A DNA stretch of 64,000 nucleotides from Desulfobacterales bacterium. Its GTDB lineage: Bacteria > Desulfobacterota > Desulfobacteria > Desulfobacterales > UBA5852. Positions 36,659 through 44,846 of this stretch are shown in pieces. The translations under genes were made by a program, and so were the position numbers. The notes beneath the pieces were generated by a model. The model was not told where the DNA came from. It saw only the letters and a list, made by a program, of their open reading frames with translations, and made no database searches. Where the stretch lies: the NCBI GenBank assembly GCA_049366795.1, contig JBMNCP010000026.1, positions 18,608 through 82,607 on the forward strand. The letters are read 5' to 3'. Each line of letters opens with the position of its first letter. Position 1 is the first letter of the stretch.

Positions 36659-36852
36659 AGAAGGTGAATTGACAACTTTTCATTAGTATTCAATTAGTTA
36701 GACAATAAAAGATGGAATGGATCCAGAAGGAGGTGGTGGCGATGCCTTTTGCATCGGGAAGGGAATCGATGATTTTTAATAATTTTTTCTTTTAGTTAGA
36801 ATCATTTGCAACAATTTGGTGCCCGCGCAACCTTTCGGTGCATGATTCGGCG

Positions 36853-37512
36853 TCATCCCCGCAGTGTTTCGGCCTGCTCCCGAAGCAGCGACTTGAATCG
36901 ATCGAGCTTGACCGGATAGGGAGTGATCGGAATCCCCATCCAGTCGGAATACTCAAGGAAGGCTTCGGGGTTTTCGGCCATGTACGTGTCCATGTAACCC
37001 ACCCCGTCGAGGACGATCGCACCTCCCGTGTGCCGCGGGAAGTTTTCATTGGCCAGGCCCTTGTCCCACCCCTTGAAGACCTGGTGGCGAAACTTGACCC
37101 AGCCGGGCGTCATCCACCAGACCTTCTCCCCGCCGGCGATCTCCTCGGCAATGGCGTTTCTCTCTTCCTCGCTGGCGAGCATGTCCATGCAATGGGTGGC
37201 CTGGATCCTGGCCACGCGCTCCCCCTGTTCCCCGATGATCGTTTTCATCGTCCGGGTCGGCTCATCGGCGTTCACGTAGCAGAACTTGCCCCCGTAAACC
37301 ACCAGAACACCGAATGCCTTCTCCTTCGCCATTTGAATCCGGTTCACCAGCTGCCGCTCCAGTTCACGGATGTCTTCGTGAAGCCCGGGGGTGGTGAAGT
37401 AGAGTTGTGCGTTGCCAAGAAATCCCTGCGCTTTCAAAAAATTCAACTCGAGGCTCAACGTCCCGCAGGACACGATCGCCAAATCCCTGAAATTTCCGTC
37501 GGCTGACTCCAT
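36853..37512 (-). CDS. DUF1638-like protein
   Basis: 219-aa ORF preceded by a tandemly duplicated SD sequence (GGAGAATAAAGGAGAATAAA-ATG). The family call is from memory of DUF1638 sequences (…VVYGGKFCY…MTPGWV…). Confidence 0.55.
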   Translation of the reverse strand: MESADGNFRDLAIVSCGTLSLELNFLKAQGFLGNAQLYFTTPGLHEDIRELERQLVNRIQMAKEKAFGVLVVYGGKFCYVNADEPTRTMKTIIGEQGERVARIQATHCMDMLASEEERNAIAEEIAGGEKVWWMTPGWVKFRHQVFKGWDKGLANENFPRHTGGAIVLDGVGYMDTYMAENPEAFLEYSDWMGIPITPYPVKLDRFKSLLREQAETLRG

Positions 37513-37548
37513 TTTATTCTCCTTTATTCTCCTGTGGTGGAACGGACA

Positions 37549-37923
37549 CTATGCAGACTCCAGGACAACCGTGTGCTCCTCGACCAGGTCCAATGCCTTG
37601 ATTCTCCCGTGGATGAATTTCCTTTCAATGCCGTTTTTTTCGACCCGATAGGGTGCCCCTATATCTTCTGACTCGATGCACTGACCCGTCAGTATCGAGT
37701 CCGTGGAACTCCTCATCTTCTCGGTCAGCTTTTTCCGTCCTCCGACCAGTTCCATCAATGGCGCGGGTGGATGGTCAAACCCCAGCATCCGGTAAAGCCC
37801 CGAGTTGGATTCGTCCGAGTCCACGACCAGAACCTTTTGACCGCGGGCTTCGGCCTGGCGGGCCAACAATGTGACGACGGTGCTCTTGCCGCTGCCGCCT
37901 TTGCCGCAAACCGAAATTTTCAT
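37549..37923 (-). CDS. short CooC/MinD-like P-loop NTPase (only the N-terminal half of a typical CooC)
   Basis: Start at MKISVCGKGGSGKSTVVTLLA (deviant Walker A), with a GGGAGAA RBS. It is 124 aa, whereas typical family members are roughly twice as long. Confidence 0.6.
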   Translation of the reverse strand: MKISVCGKGGSGKSTVVTLLARQAEARGQKVLVVDSDESNSGLYRMLGFDHPPAPLMELVGGRKKLTEKMRSSTDSILTGQCIESEDIGAPYRVEKNGIERKFIHGRIKALDLVEEHTVVLESA

Positions 37924-38168
37924 TGCAATTCTCCCTCTTGAAAGCCCTTCCGTCCTTCGGGCACCATTTCGCAGCGAGGATGAAGCGTGGTTCTCCGCCT
38001 CCGGACACGGTGATGCGATCCGCGTTGCCGTCCGACTCGCAGCGAGACCCGGCCGCCGCGACGGCATAGCCCTAGAAGGTATCGGAACCACCGCCCACTC
38101 AGGCCGCTGATTCTTACCTGGCGCTCCATGAGCTCCGCTTTCTGATCCGGGAGGCGAATTCGATCACA

Positions 38169-38513
38169 TCAAGTGTAGCTGTGAGTTCCGAGTACGACGG
38201 GAATACCGGTCTTTTCCTGAAGGACGGCGGCCATTTCCTCGGCGGTCGCGTACGGGCAGCCCGGTTTCGCATTCACCATGCAGGAACTGAGGTAGATGAG
38301 ATCGGGCTTGAGCTGGGAGAGCTTGAATGCCATGCCGGTATTGGAGGCCAGCGATCGCCCGGGGCATTCACACTTGACGAACGCGATCACCGACGAAGGC
38401 TCCTCGAATTTACCTTCCCCCAACGCGGCCGCCTTCAGGCATCTCCATTCCCCGGGGCATCCATAACCGCTGTCCATGTAGGCGCCGCACCCGACAACTG
38501 CTGCTTTTTTCAT
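38169..38513 (-). CDS. CGGC-domain-like Cys-rich protein
   Basis: MKKAAVVGCGAYMDSGYGCPGEWRCLKAAALGEGKFEE...VKCECPGR...SSCM...PGCPY. An AAGGAGAG RBS precedes it. Confidence 0.6.
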   Translation of the reverse strand: MKKAAVVGCGAYMDSGYGCPGEWRCLKAAALGEGKFEEPSSVIAFVKCECPGRSLASNTGMAFKLSQLKPDLIYLSSCMVNAKPGCPYATAEEMAAVLQEKTGIPVVLGTHSYT

Positions 38514-38583
38514 CGTCGCTCTCCTTGTCTCCAGAAATTGAAGGAACACTTCACGGTCAGGGCGGAAGCGCTTCCCTGCTCCG

Positions 38584-39450
38584 TCAAAGTCCGAGTTTCG
38601 AGGCAACCGTATCCCAGATCGATTTCACCGCCTGGGCACCCTCGCTATCGGCATCGTGTTCGAAAATGGTCTTGGCCTGAACCATCGCCTCCGTGAATTT
38701 GGTGTCGAAGGGAATTCTTCCGACCACCGTCGCCTTTCTCTCCCGGGCAAAATCCTCGATAGCTCGGGTTTGATCGGGATTGAGATCGAATTTGTTGACG
38801 CAGACCATCGCCGGTATCTTGAAAAAATCGCTGAGCTGAATGACGCGCTCCATGTCGTGTCGACCCGACACCGTAGGCTCTGCCACGACCAGAACGGCTG
38901 TTGCGCCGCCCATCGAGGCAATCACCGGGCAGCCGATCCCTGGAGGGCCGTCCGTCAGCAGCAGGGAAAAATCCTTTTCTTCCGCCAGTTTGCCGCCTTC
39001 GCGCCGGATCAGGGACACGAGCTTCCCCGAATTCTCTTCGGCAATCCCCAGACGCGCGTGAGCCATCGGACCGAAGCGCGTATCGGAAAGAAACCATTCG
39101 CCACAGGTATTTTCAGGGAAGGCGATCGCCTTCTCAGGGCAGAAATAATAACAGACCCCGCACCCCTCGCATTCGATGGGGTCGACCACGAAATCCTCGC
39201 TGATAGAGTCCCATCGGCACAATTCCCTGCACAAACCGCATCGAGTGCACAGGGTGGCGTCGATGCGGGCGTTATGCCCGGAAACGAAGTCGTGCCGCTG
39301 CCTGATGCTCGGTTCCAGTATCAGGTGCAGATCGGCGGCGTCGACGTCGGCGTCGCAGATGGCCTTGCCGTCGGCAAGTGAAGCGAATGCGGCCAGCAGG
39401 CTCGTTTTTCCGGTACCGCCTTTTCCGCTGATGACAACCAACTCCTTCAT
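38584..39450 (-). CDS. MinD/ParA-superfamily P-loop ATPase with inserted 2x[4Fe-4S] ferredoxin domain
   Basis: MKELVVISGKGGTGKTS... then CTRCGLCRELC / CEGCGVCYYFCP. ATGA overlap with the upstream paralogue. Confidence 0.85.
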   Translation of the reverse strand: MKELVVISGKGGTGKTSLLAAFASLADGKAICDADVDAADLHLILEPSIRQRHDFVSGHNARIDATLCTRCGLCRELCRWDSISEDFVVDPIECEGCGVCYYFCPEKAIAFPENTCGEWFLSDTRFGPMAHARLGIAEENSGKLVSLIRREGGKLAEEKDFSLLLTDGPPGIGCPVIASMGGATAVLVVAEPTVSGRHDMERVIQLSDFFKIPAMVCVNKFDLNPDQTRAIEDFARERKATVVGRIPFDTKFTEAMVQAKTIFEHDADSEGAQAVKSIWDTVASKLGL

Positions 39451-40313
39451 CGCTCGTTTTTCCTTTCGGCGCTGGTCTGCGCGACAATGCCTTCCATGTC
39501 GTGGTACAGTCGTTGGAAACGCTCCCGCCACTCGGGGAATACCTCGACCAGCAGATCGCCCCTTGAGTAAGCTTCGGCGATGCGGCGTTCAAAAGGAACC
39601 TCCATCAACACCGGCAGCCCCTCCCTGTCTGCGTATCGCTTGACGCGATCGTCTCCCAGATCCGACCGGTTGATCACCAGTCCGCTGGGGATCCCCAGGG
39701 TTCTGACAGCGCCAACGGCCAATTCGAGGTCATGCAGGCCGAACGGGGTCGGCTCCGTCACCAGAAGAACGAAATCGGCGTCCTTCATCGCGGCGATCAC
39801 CGGGCACGAAGTGCCTGGCGGCGCATCGACGATCGCCACGGCTTCCGGCCGGATGCATTCCTTGACCTTCCGAATCAAGGGCGGCGACATGGCCTCACCG
39901 ACCCTCAATCTGCCATGCACGAACTCCAGCCCGTTGCGACGGCCCCGTTCAATGGTGCCAAGCTCGCGGCCGATTTCGGCGATGGCATCCTCCGGACAGA
40001 CGAGCACACAGCCGCGGCAGCTGTGACACAATTCATGAAACGGCAACACCGTGTTTCCCAGCACCACGATCGCCTTGAACTGGCAAATCTCCGCGCATTT
40101 CCCGCAGAAGCTGCACTTGTCCATGTTCACTTCCGGCACCGGGGTGGTAATGGTCTCCGCATCCTGCATATCGGGTCGTATGAAAAGGTGGGCGTTGGGC
40201 TCCTCCACGTCACAATCCAACAACTGCACATCGCCTTGTAGGCTGACCGCAAGGTTGGTGGCAATCGTGGTTTTACCGGTCCCGCCCTTTCCGCTGGCTA
40301 TACTGATGATCAT
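39447..40313 (-). CDS. MinD/ParA-superfamily P-loop ATPase with inserted 2x[4Fe-4S] ferredoxin domain (paralogue)
   Basis: MIISIASGKGGTGKTTIATNLA... then CSFCGKCAEIC / CHSCRGCVLVCP. Confidence 0.85.
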   Translation of the reverse strand: MIISIASGKGGTGKTTIATNLAVSLQGDVQLLDCDVEEPNAHLFIRPDMQDAETITTPVPEVNMDKCSFCGKCAEICQFKAIVVLGNTVLPFHELCHSCRGCVLVCPEDAIAEIGRELGTIERGRRNGLEFVHGRLRVGEAMSPPLIRKVKECIRPEAVAIVDAPPGTSCPVIAAMKDADFVLLVTEPTPFGLHDLELAVGAVRTLGIPSGLVINRSDLGDDRVKRYADREGLPVLMEVPFERRIAEAYSRGDLLVEVFPEWRERFQRLYHDMEGIVAQTSAERKNER

Positions 40314-40407
40314 TCGCCGCTCCTGATCACGCCGTCGTTCCTGCCGCATGAACGCGACGGGAAAGTCTCGAGTGGAAGTTTCGGCCGTCAACGGGGTTGA
40401 CGTCCGT

Positions 40408-40884
40408 TCATGCGGGCGCGTCCTGTCCATCTGGCGGCGCCGCATCCTTCAACAGGTCCTGCTTCCGAACAAAATCGCACAGCGCTTCCTGCACCGTCTG
40501 GGCCGCGAGAAAGGCACAGTGTCGGTCCTCCTCCGGGAACCGTCCCAGAATTTCAAGGATGGTGTCGCCGGTGACTTCCATGAGCTCATCGACCGTCTTC
40601 CCAAATGCGAGTTCGGCGGCCAAGGATCCGCACACGGTGCTTCCCCCGCATCCATCCGTCATAAACGAGGCATCGCTGACACGGCCGTTTTCGAATTTAA
40701 GATAGATCTGCATCGTATCGCCGCAGGAACCGGTCAGGCGTCCATGGCCATCGGCATTATCGATGACGCCCCTGTAAAGGGGCTTGCGCCATCTCTGAAA
40801 CCCGAGTTCTCCGTATGAATCACGGGTCTCCTCGAATATCCGCTCCTGTAGACGGTGGATAAAATCGTCCAGATGATCTACCAT
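40408..40884 (-). CDS. IscU/NifU-N-terminal-like Fe-S cluster scaffold protein
   Basis: 158 aa with three scaffold Cys in the typical context: GSCGDTM...TDGCGGSTVCGS...HCAFLA. A GGGAGAAAG RBS precedes it. Confidence 0.8.
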   Translation of the reverse strand: MVDHLDDFIHRLQERIFEETRDSYGELGFQRWRKPLYRGVIDNADGHGRLTGSCGDTMQIYLKFENGRVSDASFMTDGCGGSTVCGSLAAELAFGKTVDELMEVTGDTILEILGRFPEEDRHCAFLAAQTVQEALCDFVRKQDLLKDAAPPDGQDAPA

Positions 40885-40940
40885 TGAATCGCTTTCTCCC
40901 TGCGCGTATGGGTTCGACGTTTTCTGAAAGCCCCCTCCGG

Positions 40941-41852
40941 CTACCTTCGTCCTCCCCCGCCGCCTCTTCCGCCGCCCGCGCCTCTTCCACCGCCCATGCC
41001 CCTCCCGCCGCCCATGCCCCTTCCGCCGCCCATGCCTCTTCCGCCGCCCATGCCTCTTCCGCCGCCCATGCCCGTGCCGCCGCCCGCGCCCATGCCGCCG
41101 CCCATGCCGAAATGACTTTCGACATTCGGCGCGGTCGTACTTTTCAACTGCCCGTTTTTGAACTGCTCGACGGCATCGCGAACGACTCCCTCGACGCCGG
41201 TGATGACCTGAATGCCGGCGGCTCCGAAAACCTGAAAGGCATTGGGGCCGCAGTTCCCGGTCAACACCGTGGTCACTCCCTTTTCAGCCATCATTCGGGC
41301 GGATTGAGTCCCCGCACCGCCTCCCAGCGCGATATTGGGGTTGGGAACGGCTTCGAACTGCAGGGTCTCCGCATCGACCAGCACAAAGTATGGGCATCGG
41401 CCGAATCTGGATTCGACCCGATCTTCGAGAGTGGGTCCGCTTGCGCTGATAGCGAGTTTCATATCTTCATCCTCCTGTGTTGATAGTGACAATTCCGGTA
41501 ATCGTGCGTCGCAAAGCGCCACGCATCCTGGCATTCGAAATCTGTTTTGCCCGAGATGACCCCGCAAAAAGGCTTTCAGGATCTCGTCCACCCTACCCGA
41601 CGCAAACGGGATGATCCAAATACCATAACTTTCGATCAGATTGGCGTAAGGATAGGATATGCCACCACAGATCAGTACGTCCGTACCGAATTCACAAAGC
41701 CGCGCCGCGCGGTGAAAGGGAGAATCGGAATCAAAGCTTTCGATCTTCCTCGAGGTGATCCTTCCCTTTTCGATGACCGCGATCAACAAGGTGCGGGTGG
41801 CATCGAAAAGCGGTGAAATGCGCCCTTCCCATATCGTCAAGACCACCTGCAT
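40941..41852 (-). CDS. tandem NifX/NifB-like (dinitrogenase Fe-Mo cofactor biosynthesis domain) protein with Gly/Arg/Met-rich repeat tail
   Basis: Start at MQVVLTIWEGRISPLFD (GGAGGG RBS). A second domain reads MKLAISASGPTLEDRVESRFGRCPYFVLVD...VLTGNCGPNAF. The C-terminus is GMGGGR repeated five times, ending GGGGGRR. Confidence 0.75.
   Translation of the reverse strand: MQVVLTIWEGRISPLFDATRTLLIAVIEKGRITSRKIESFDSDSPFHRAARLCEFGTDVLICGGISYPYANLIESYGIWIIPFASGRVDEILKAFLRGHLGQNRFRMPGCVALCDARLPELSLSTQEDEDMKLAISASGPTLEDRVESRFGRCPYFVLVDAETLQFEAVPNPNIALGGGAGTQSARMMAEKGVTTVLTGNCGPNAFQVFGAAGIQVITGVEGVVRDAVEQFKNGQLKSTTAPNVESHFGMGGGMGAGGGTGMGGGRGMGGGRGMGGGRGMGGGRGMGGGRGAGGGRGGGGGRR
40950..41110 (-). repeat. 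18-nt tandem coding repeat (GMGGGR units) within the NifX-like gene
   Basis: On the plus strand, ccgccgcccatgcc(c/t)cttc recurs about five times in phase. Confidence 0.9.
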
Positions 41853-41888
41853 CCGAATCACCCTCCACGTTTTTGAAAAGAGGAGAGT

Positions 41889-41904
41889 TGCAAGCCGTGT
41901 GCCG
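41889..41904 (-). promoter_or_regulatory. sigma54 (-24/-12) promoter of the nifX-iscU-minD cluster
   Basis: The minus strand reads CGGCACACGGCTTGCAA (GGCAC-N5-TTGCA). It lies about 38 nt upstream of the start codon and directly downstream of a sigma54 activator gene. Confidence 0.7.
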
Positions 41905-42048
41905 CGTGGCACGAATGCGCCGATCTGTTGGCATTTCAACTGGTATTGTTGATCTTTGGAATAAAAGGCCGAGGGGACTGGAAGGAATTACACGAAAAAG
42001 GTTGCTTCGATGCGACGATAGAGGAGATGGTATCGCGAAGGTGCGACG

Positions 42049-43434
42049 CTATCGTTCCGTCGTGGTTGGTGTCCGGCCGTCCGTCTCCGGGAGACGTATG
42101 CCGATGCGTTTGATTTTCCGATACAAGGTGCTTTTGTGCATCCCGAGTTCCCGAGCGGCGGCCGACCGGTTGTAGTGATGGCGTTTCAGAGTGTCGAGAA
42201 TCACCCTGGCTTCGGTCGCCTTCACTGCCGTATCCATATCCGGTTGGAGTAGCGACTGGGCTCGGCCGACCTTGAGATTTTCGGGGAGACACTGAAGACC
42301 GATCTCCCCCGACGGACACAGAACAAAGGCATGTTCGATGATGTTTTCCAGCTCGCGGATATTGCCTGGATAATCGTGGAACATGAGCAGTGACATGGCC
42401 TCGTGGCCGATACCGCTCACCGTTTTCCCGTGCAACCGCTTCAGCCTGCCGATGAAATGGTCGACCAGCATCGGAATGTCTTCCTTGCGTTCCCGCAGGG
42501 GCGGCAGCTCCATGCAGACGACGTTGACCCTGTAAAACAGATCCTGCCGGAATTCTCCGGTTTTCACCAGCTCGAAGAGGTTGCGGTTGGTTGCAGCGAT
42601 GACGCGCACATTCGTCTTTACGGGGCTGGTGGCGCCGAGTGGCTGATACGTCCTCTCCTGGAGCACCCGAAGCAAGCGAACCTGAAAAGCGGGGCTCAGG
42701 TCGCCGATCTCGTCGAGCAGCAGGGTCCCGCCCTCGGCCATGGCGAAATGCCCCAGCTTGTCCTTGGTGGCATGGGTGAAGGCGCCGGCCTTGTAACCGA
42801 ACAATTCGGATTCCAGGAGGGTATCGGGAAGGGCGCCGCAATTGATCGCCACAAACGGCCTGTCCTTCCGGTGGCTGAGGTCATGGATCGCACGGGCGAG
42901 CAGCTCCTTTCCCGTGCCGGTCTCGCCCTGAATCAGGACGGTGCTGTCGGTCCCGGCGACCTGCGGCAGCACTTTGAAAATGCGCTGCATGGAAGCACTT
43001 CGACTGACGATGTCACCGATCTGGAACCGTCCTTCGAGTTCCTTGCGCAATTCCTCGACCTGGCTGATGTCCCGGAAGGTCTCGACACCCCCTAAAATGG
43101 TACCGTCGACGTCCTTGAGCAGGGAGGTCGAGACGACCAGCGGTATTCTCTGACGCTTGCTGTTGACGATGTACGTCGCGGTGTCGACCAGAGCCTTTCC
43201 CAGCTTCATGGTCCTTCGCAGGGCGCAGTCGGTTTCGCACATGTTGGAGCGGAAAACCTCCCAGCAATGCTTGCCCAGTGCCTGCTCGCGTGGAATGCCC
43301 GTGATCCGGACGGCACCCCGGTTGAAGGAGGTGATCCGCCATTGATGATCGACGGTAAACACGCCGTCCGAAATGCTGTCGAGAATGATTTCGGTAACTT
43401 GTGAAGGAATTCGATATCCACTGTCTGCTGTCAC
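42049..43434 (-). CDS. PAS-domain sigma54-dependent transcriptional activator (no receiver)
   Basis: 461 aa with a GTG start. It has PAS, VLIQGETGTGKELLA...GAFTHA...ESELFGY, and a C-terminal HTH (AARELGMHKSTLYRKIKR). Confidence 0.9.
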   Translation of the reverse strand: MTADSGYRIPSQVTEIILDSISDGVFTVDHQWRITSFNRGAVRITGIPREQALGKHCWEVFRSNMCETDCALRRTMKLGKALVDTATYIVNSKRQRIPLVVSTSLLKDVDGTILGGVETFRDISQVEELRKELEGRFQIGDIVSRSASMQRIFKVLPQVAGTDSTVLIQGETGTGKELLARAIHDLSHRKDRPFVAINCGALPDTLLESELFGYKAGAFTHATKDKLGHFAMAEGGTLLLDEIGDLSPAFQVRLLRVLQERTYQPLGATSPVKTNVRVIAATNRNLFELVKTGEFRQDLFYRVNVVCMELPPLRERKEDIPMLVDHFIGRLKRLHGKTVSGIGHEAMSLLMFHDYPGNIRELENIIEHAFVLCPSGEIGLQCLPENLKVGRAQSLLQPDMDTAVKATEARVILDTLKRHHYNRSAAARELGMHKSTLYRKIKRIGIRLPETDGRTPTTTER

Positions 43435-43709
43435 GCCGCATACCTCTTTTCATGGAACCCGGTGCATGCTCCTGCGTATCGTGTCGAAACTGCCGGAGTT
43501 CATAAAAATACCTCAGCGGTCGCATTAATGCAACGGTAGCGATCGAGATCGTAGACGATTCCGCCTCGCATCAGCCTTCGACGCCTGCGTCCCATCCATC
43601 GCCACCCGCAACGCCAAATTATCGAACCCATTGATTCGACAGCCATCTCGCGACTCACGCCATCGTAATTCCGTCCCGGACGATCGAAATCCATCCGAAC
43701 AAACGATGC

Positions 43710-43725
43710 TGGCACACACCATGCT
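43710..43725 (+). promoter_or_regulatory. candidate sigma54 promoter upstream of mrp
   Basis: TGGCACACACCATGCT has GG and GC at the correct spacing. It lies about 120 nt upstream of the mrp ATG and is divergent from the activator gene. Confidence 0.5.
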
Positions 43726-43844
43726 ATGGGCTTGCTGAAAAGGCCGCAGCGGACTGCCGCTGCGATCGGACGATCCCTGATGAAACCCATAAAACCGATT
43801 CCGACCCATATCCATCCGGCGGACTTCAAGAAGGGAACCAGGCA

Positions 43845-44834
43845 ATGGAATTGAATCGACAAGAAGAGATCCAGGCAGCATCGGATCGTAAAACCTCACA
43901 CACGGGCAGGGTCCGGTCCGAGCCGGGTCCCACTGGCGTCCAAAAGACCTGCGATACCTGCGGGGACGGGAGCTGTTCCGCCTCGCATCGGAAAAAGGGC
44001 GAAAGCGATGAAGACTTCCAGGATCGGCGGAAGCTGCAGTCACGGCTTTGCCGTATCCGGCACAAGATCGTCGTCATGTCCGGAAAAGGCGGGGTCGGCA
44101 AGAGCACGGTGGCGGTGAACCTGGCCTCGGCGCTGATGCTGGCGGGGATGCGGGTCGGGCTTCTGGACATCGACATTCACGGGCCGAGCATCCCGACCAT
44201 GCTGGGTCTCAACCCGGCGAATCTCAGCGGGGGTGAAGACGGGATGCTTCCGGTCGAGTTCGAAGGCATGAAGGTCATGTCTCTCGGATTTCTGTTGGGA
44301 GATCCGGATGAAGCGGTGATCTGGCGGGGCCCGATGAAAATGGGAGTGATCAAGCAGTTCCTCAAGGACGTCGCCTGGGGCGACCTGGACTATCTGATTG
44401 TCGATTCTCCGCCGGGAACCGGGGATGAACCGCTGTCGGTCTGTCAACTGATCGGAGAGATGGAGGGTGCGGTGGTGGTGACCACCCCCCAGAAGGTGGC
44501 GACGGTGGACGTCCGAAAGTCGATTACCTTCTGCCGCAGATTGAAGGTGCCGGTACTCGGCGTGGTGGAAAACATGAGCGGCTTCGTATGTCCGAAATGC
44601 GGGGAAGTCGTGCAGATTCTCCCTGCCGGCGGGGGAAGGCGCATTGCGGAGGAAATGGGCGTTCCATACCTGGGCGCCATTCCCATCGATCCACAGATTG
44701 CCGAGGCAGGCGACAGCGGTCGGGCATTCCTGCTTCAGTTCGCCGTTTCGCCGACCGCGGATATCATGCGCCGGATCATAGAGCCGATTATCGCGCAGGG
44801 TGAGCCGTCGAAACCGTCGGCGACGGCGGGCTGA
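43845..44834 (+). CDS. mrp: Mrp/NBP35/ApbC-family Fe-S cluster carrier ATPase
   Basis: IVVMSGKGGVGKSTVAVNLA...DSPPGTGDE...CPKCGE fits the family. The N-terminal extension carries CDTCGDGSC. Confidence 0.9.
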   Translation: MELNRQEEIQAASDRKTSHTGRVRSEPGPTGVQKTCDTCGDGSCSASHRKKGESDEDFQDRRKLQSRLCRIRHKIVVMSGKGGVGKSTVAVNLASALMLAGMRVGLLDIDIHGPSIPTMLGLNPANLSGGEDGMLPVEFEGMKVMSLGFLLGDPDEAVIWRGPMKMGVIKQFLKDVAWGDLDYLIVDSPPGTGDEPLSVCQLIGEMEGAVVVTTPQKVATVDVRKSITFCRRLKVPVLGVVENMSGFVCPKCGEVVQILPAGGGRRIAEEMGVPYLGAIPIDPQIAEAGDSGRAFLLQFAVSPTADIMRRIIEPIIAQGEPSKPSATAG

Positions 44835-44846
44835 AGGCCAGGGAAG

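Noticed and set aside
37924-38091. N-terminal extension of the CooC-like ORF (180-aa version), and similar long extensions of ORFs at 3925-4956, 10087-10698, 10395-11036, 25857-27224, 38169-38606, 38584-39531 and 39447-40445
   Set aside because: In each case, an internal Met with a strong Shine-Dalgarno sequence coincides with the start of the recognisable domain. The extensions also overlap the upstream gene.
40884-41483. 199-aa plus-strand Ala/Ser/His-rich ORF
   Set aside because: It is the antisense reading of the GMGGGR coding repeat and the NifX-like gene.
43500-44043. 120-aa and 172-aa minus-strand ORFs in the activator-mrp intergenic region
   Set aside because: They have no RBS, implausible Arg/Trp-rich composition, and overlap the mrp 5' end and the candidate sigma54 promoter.
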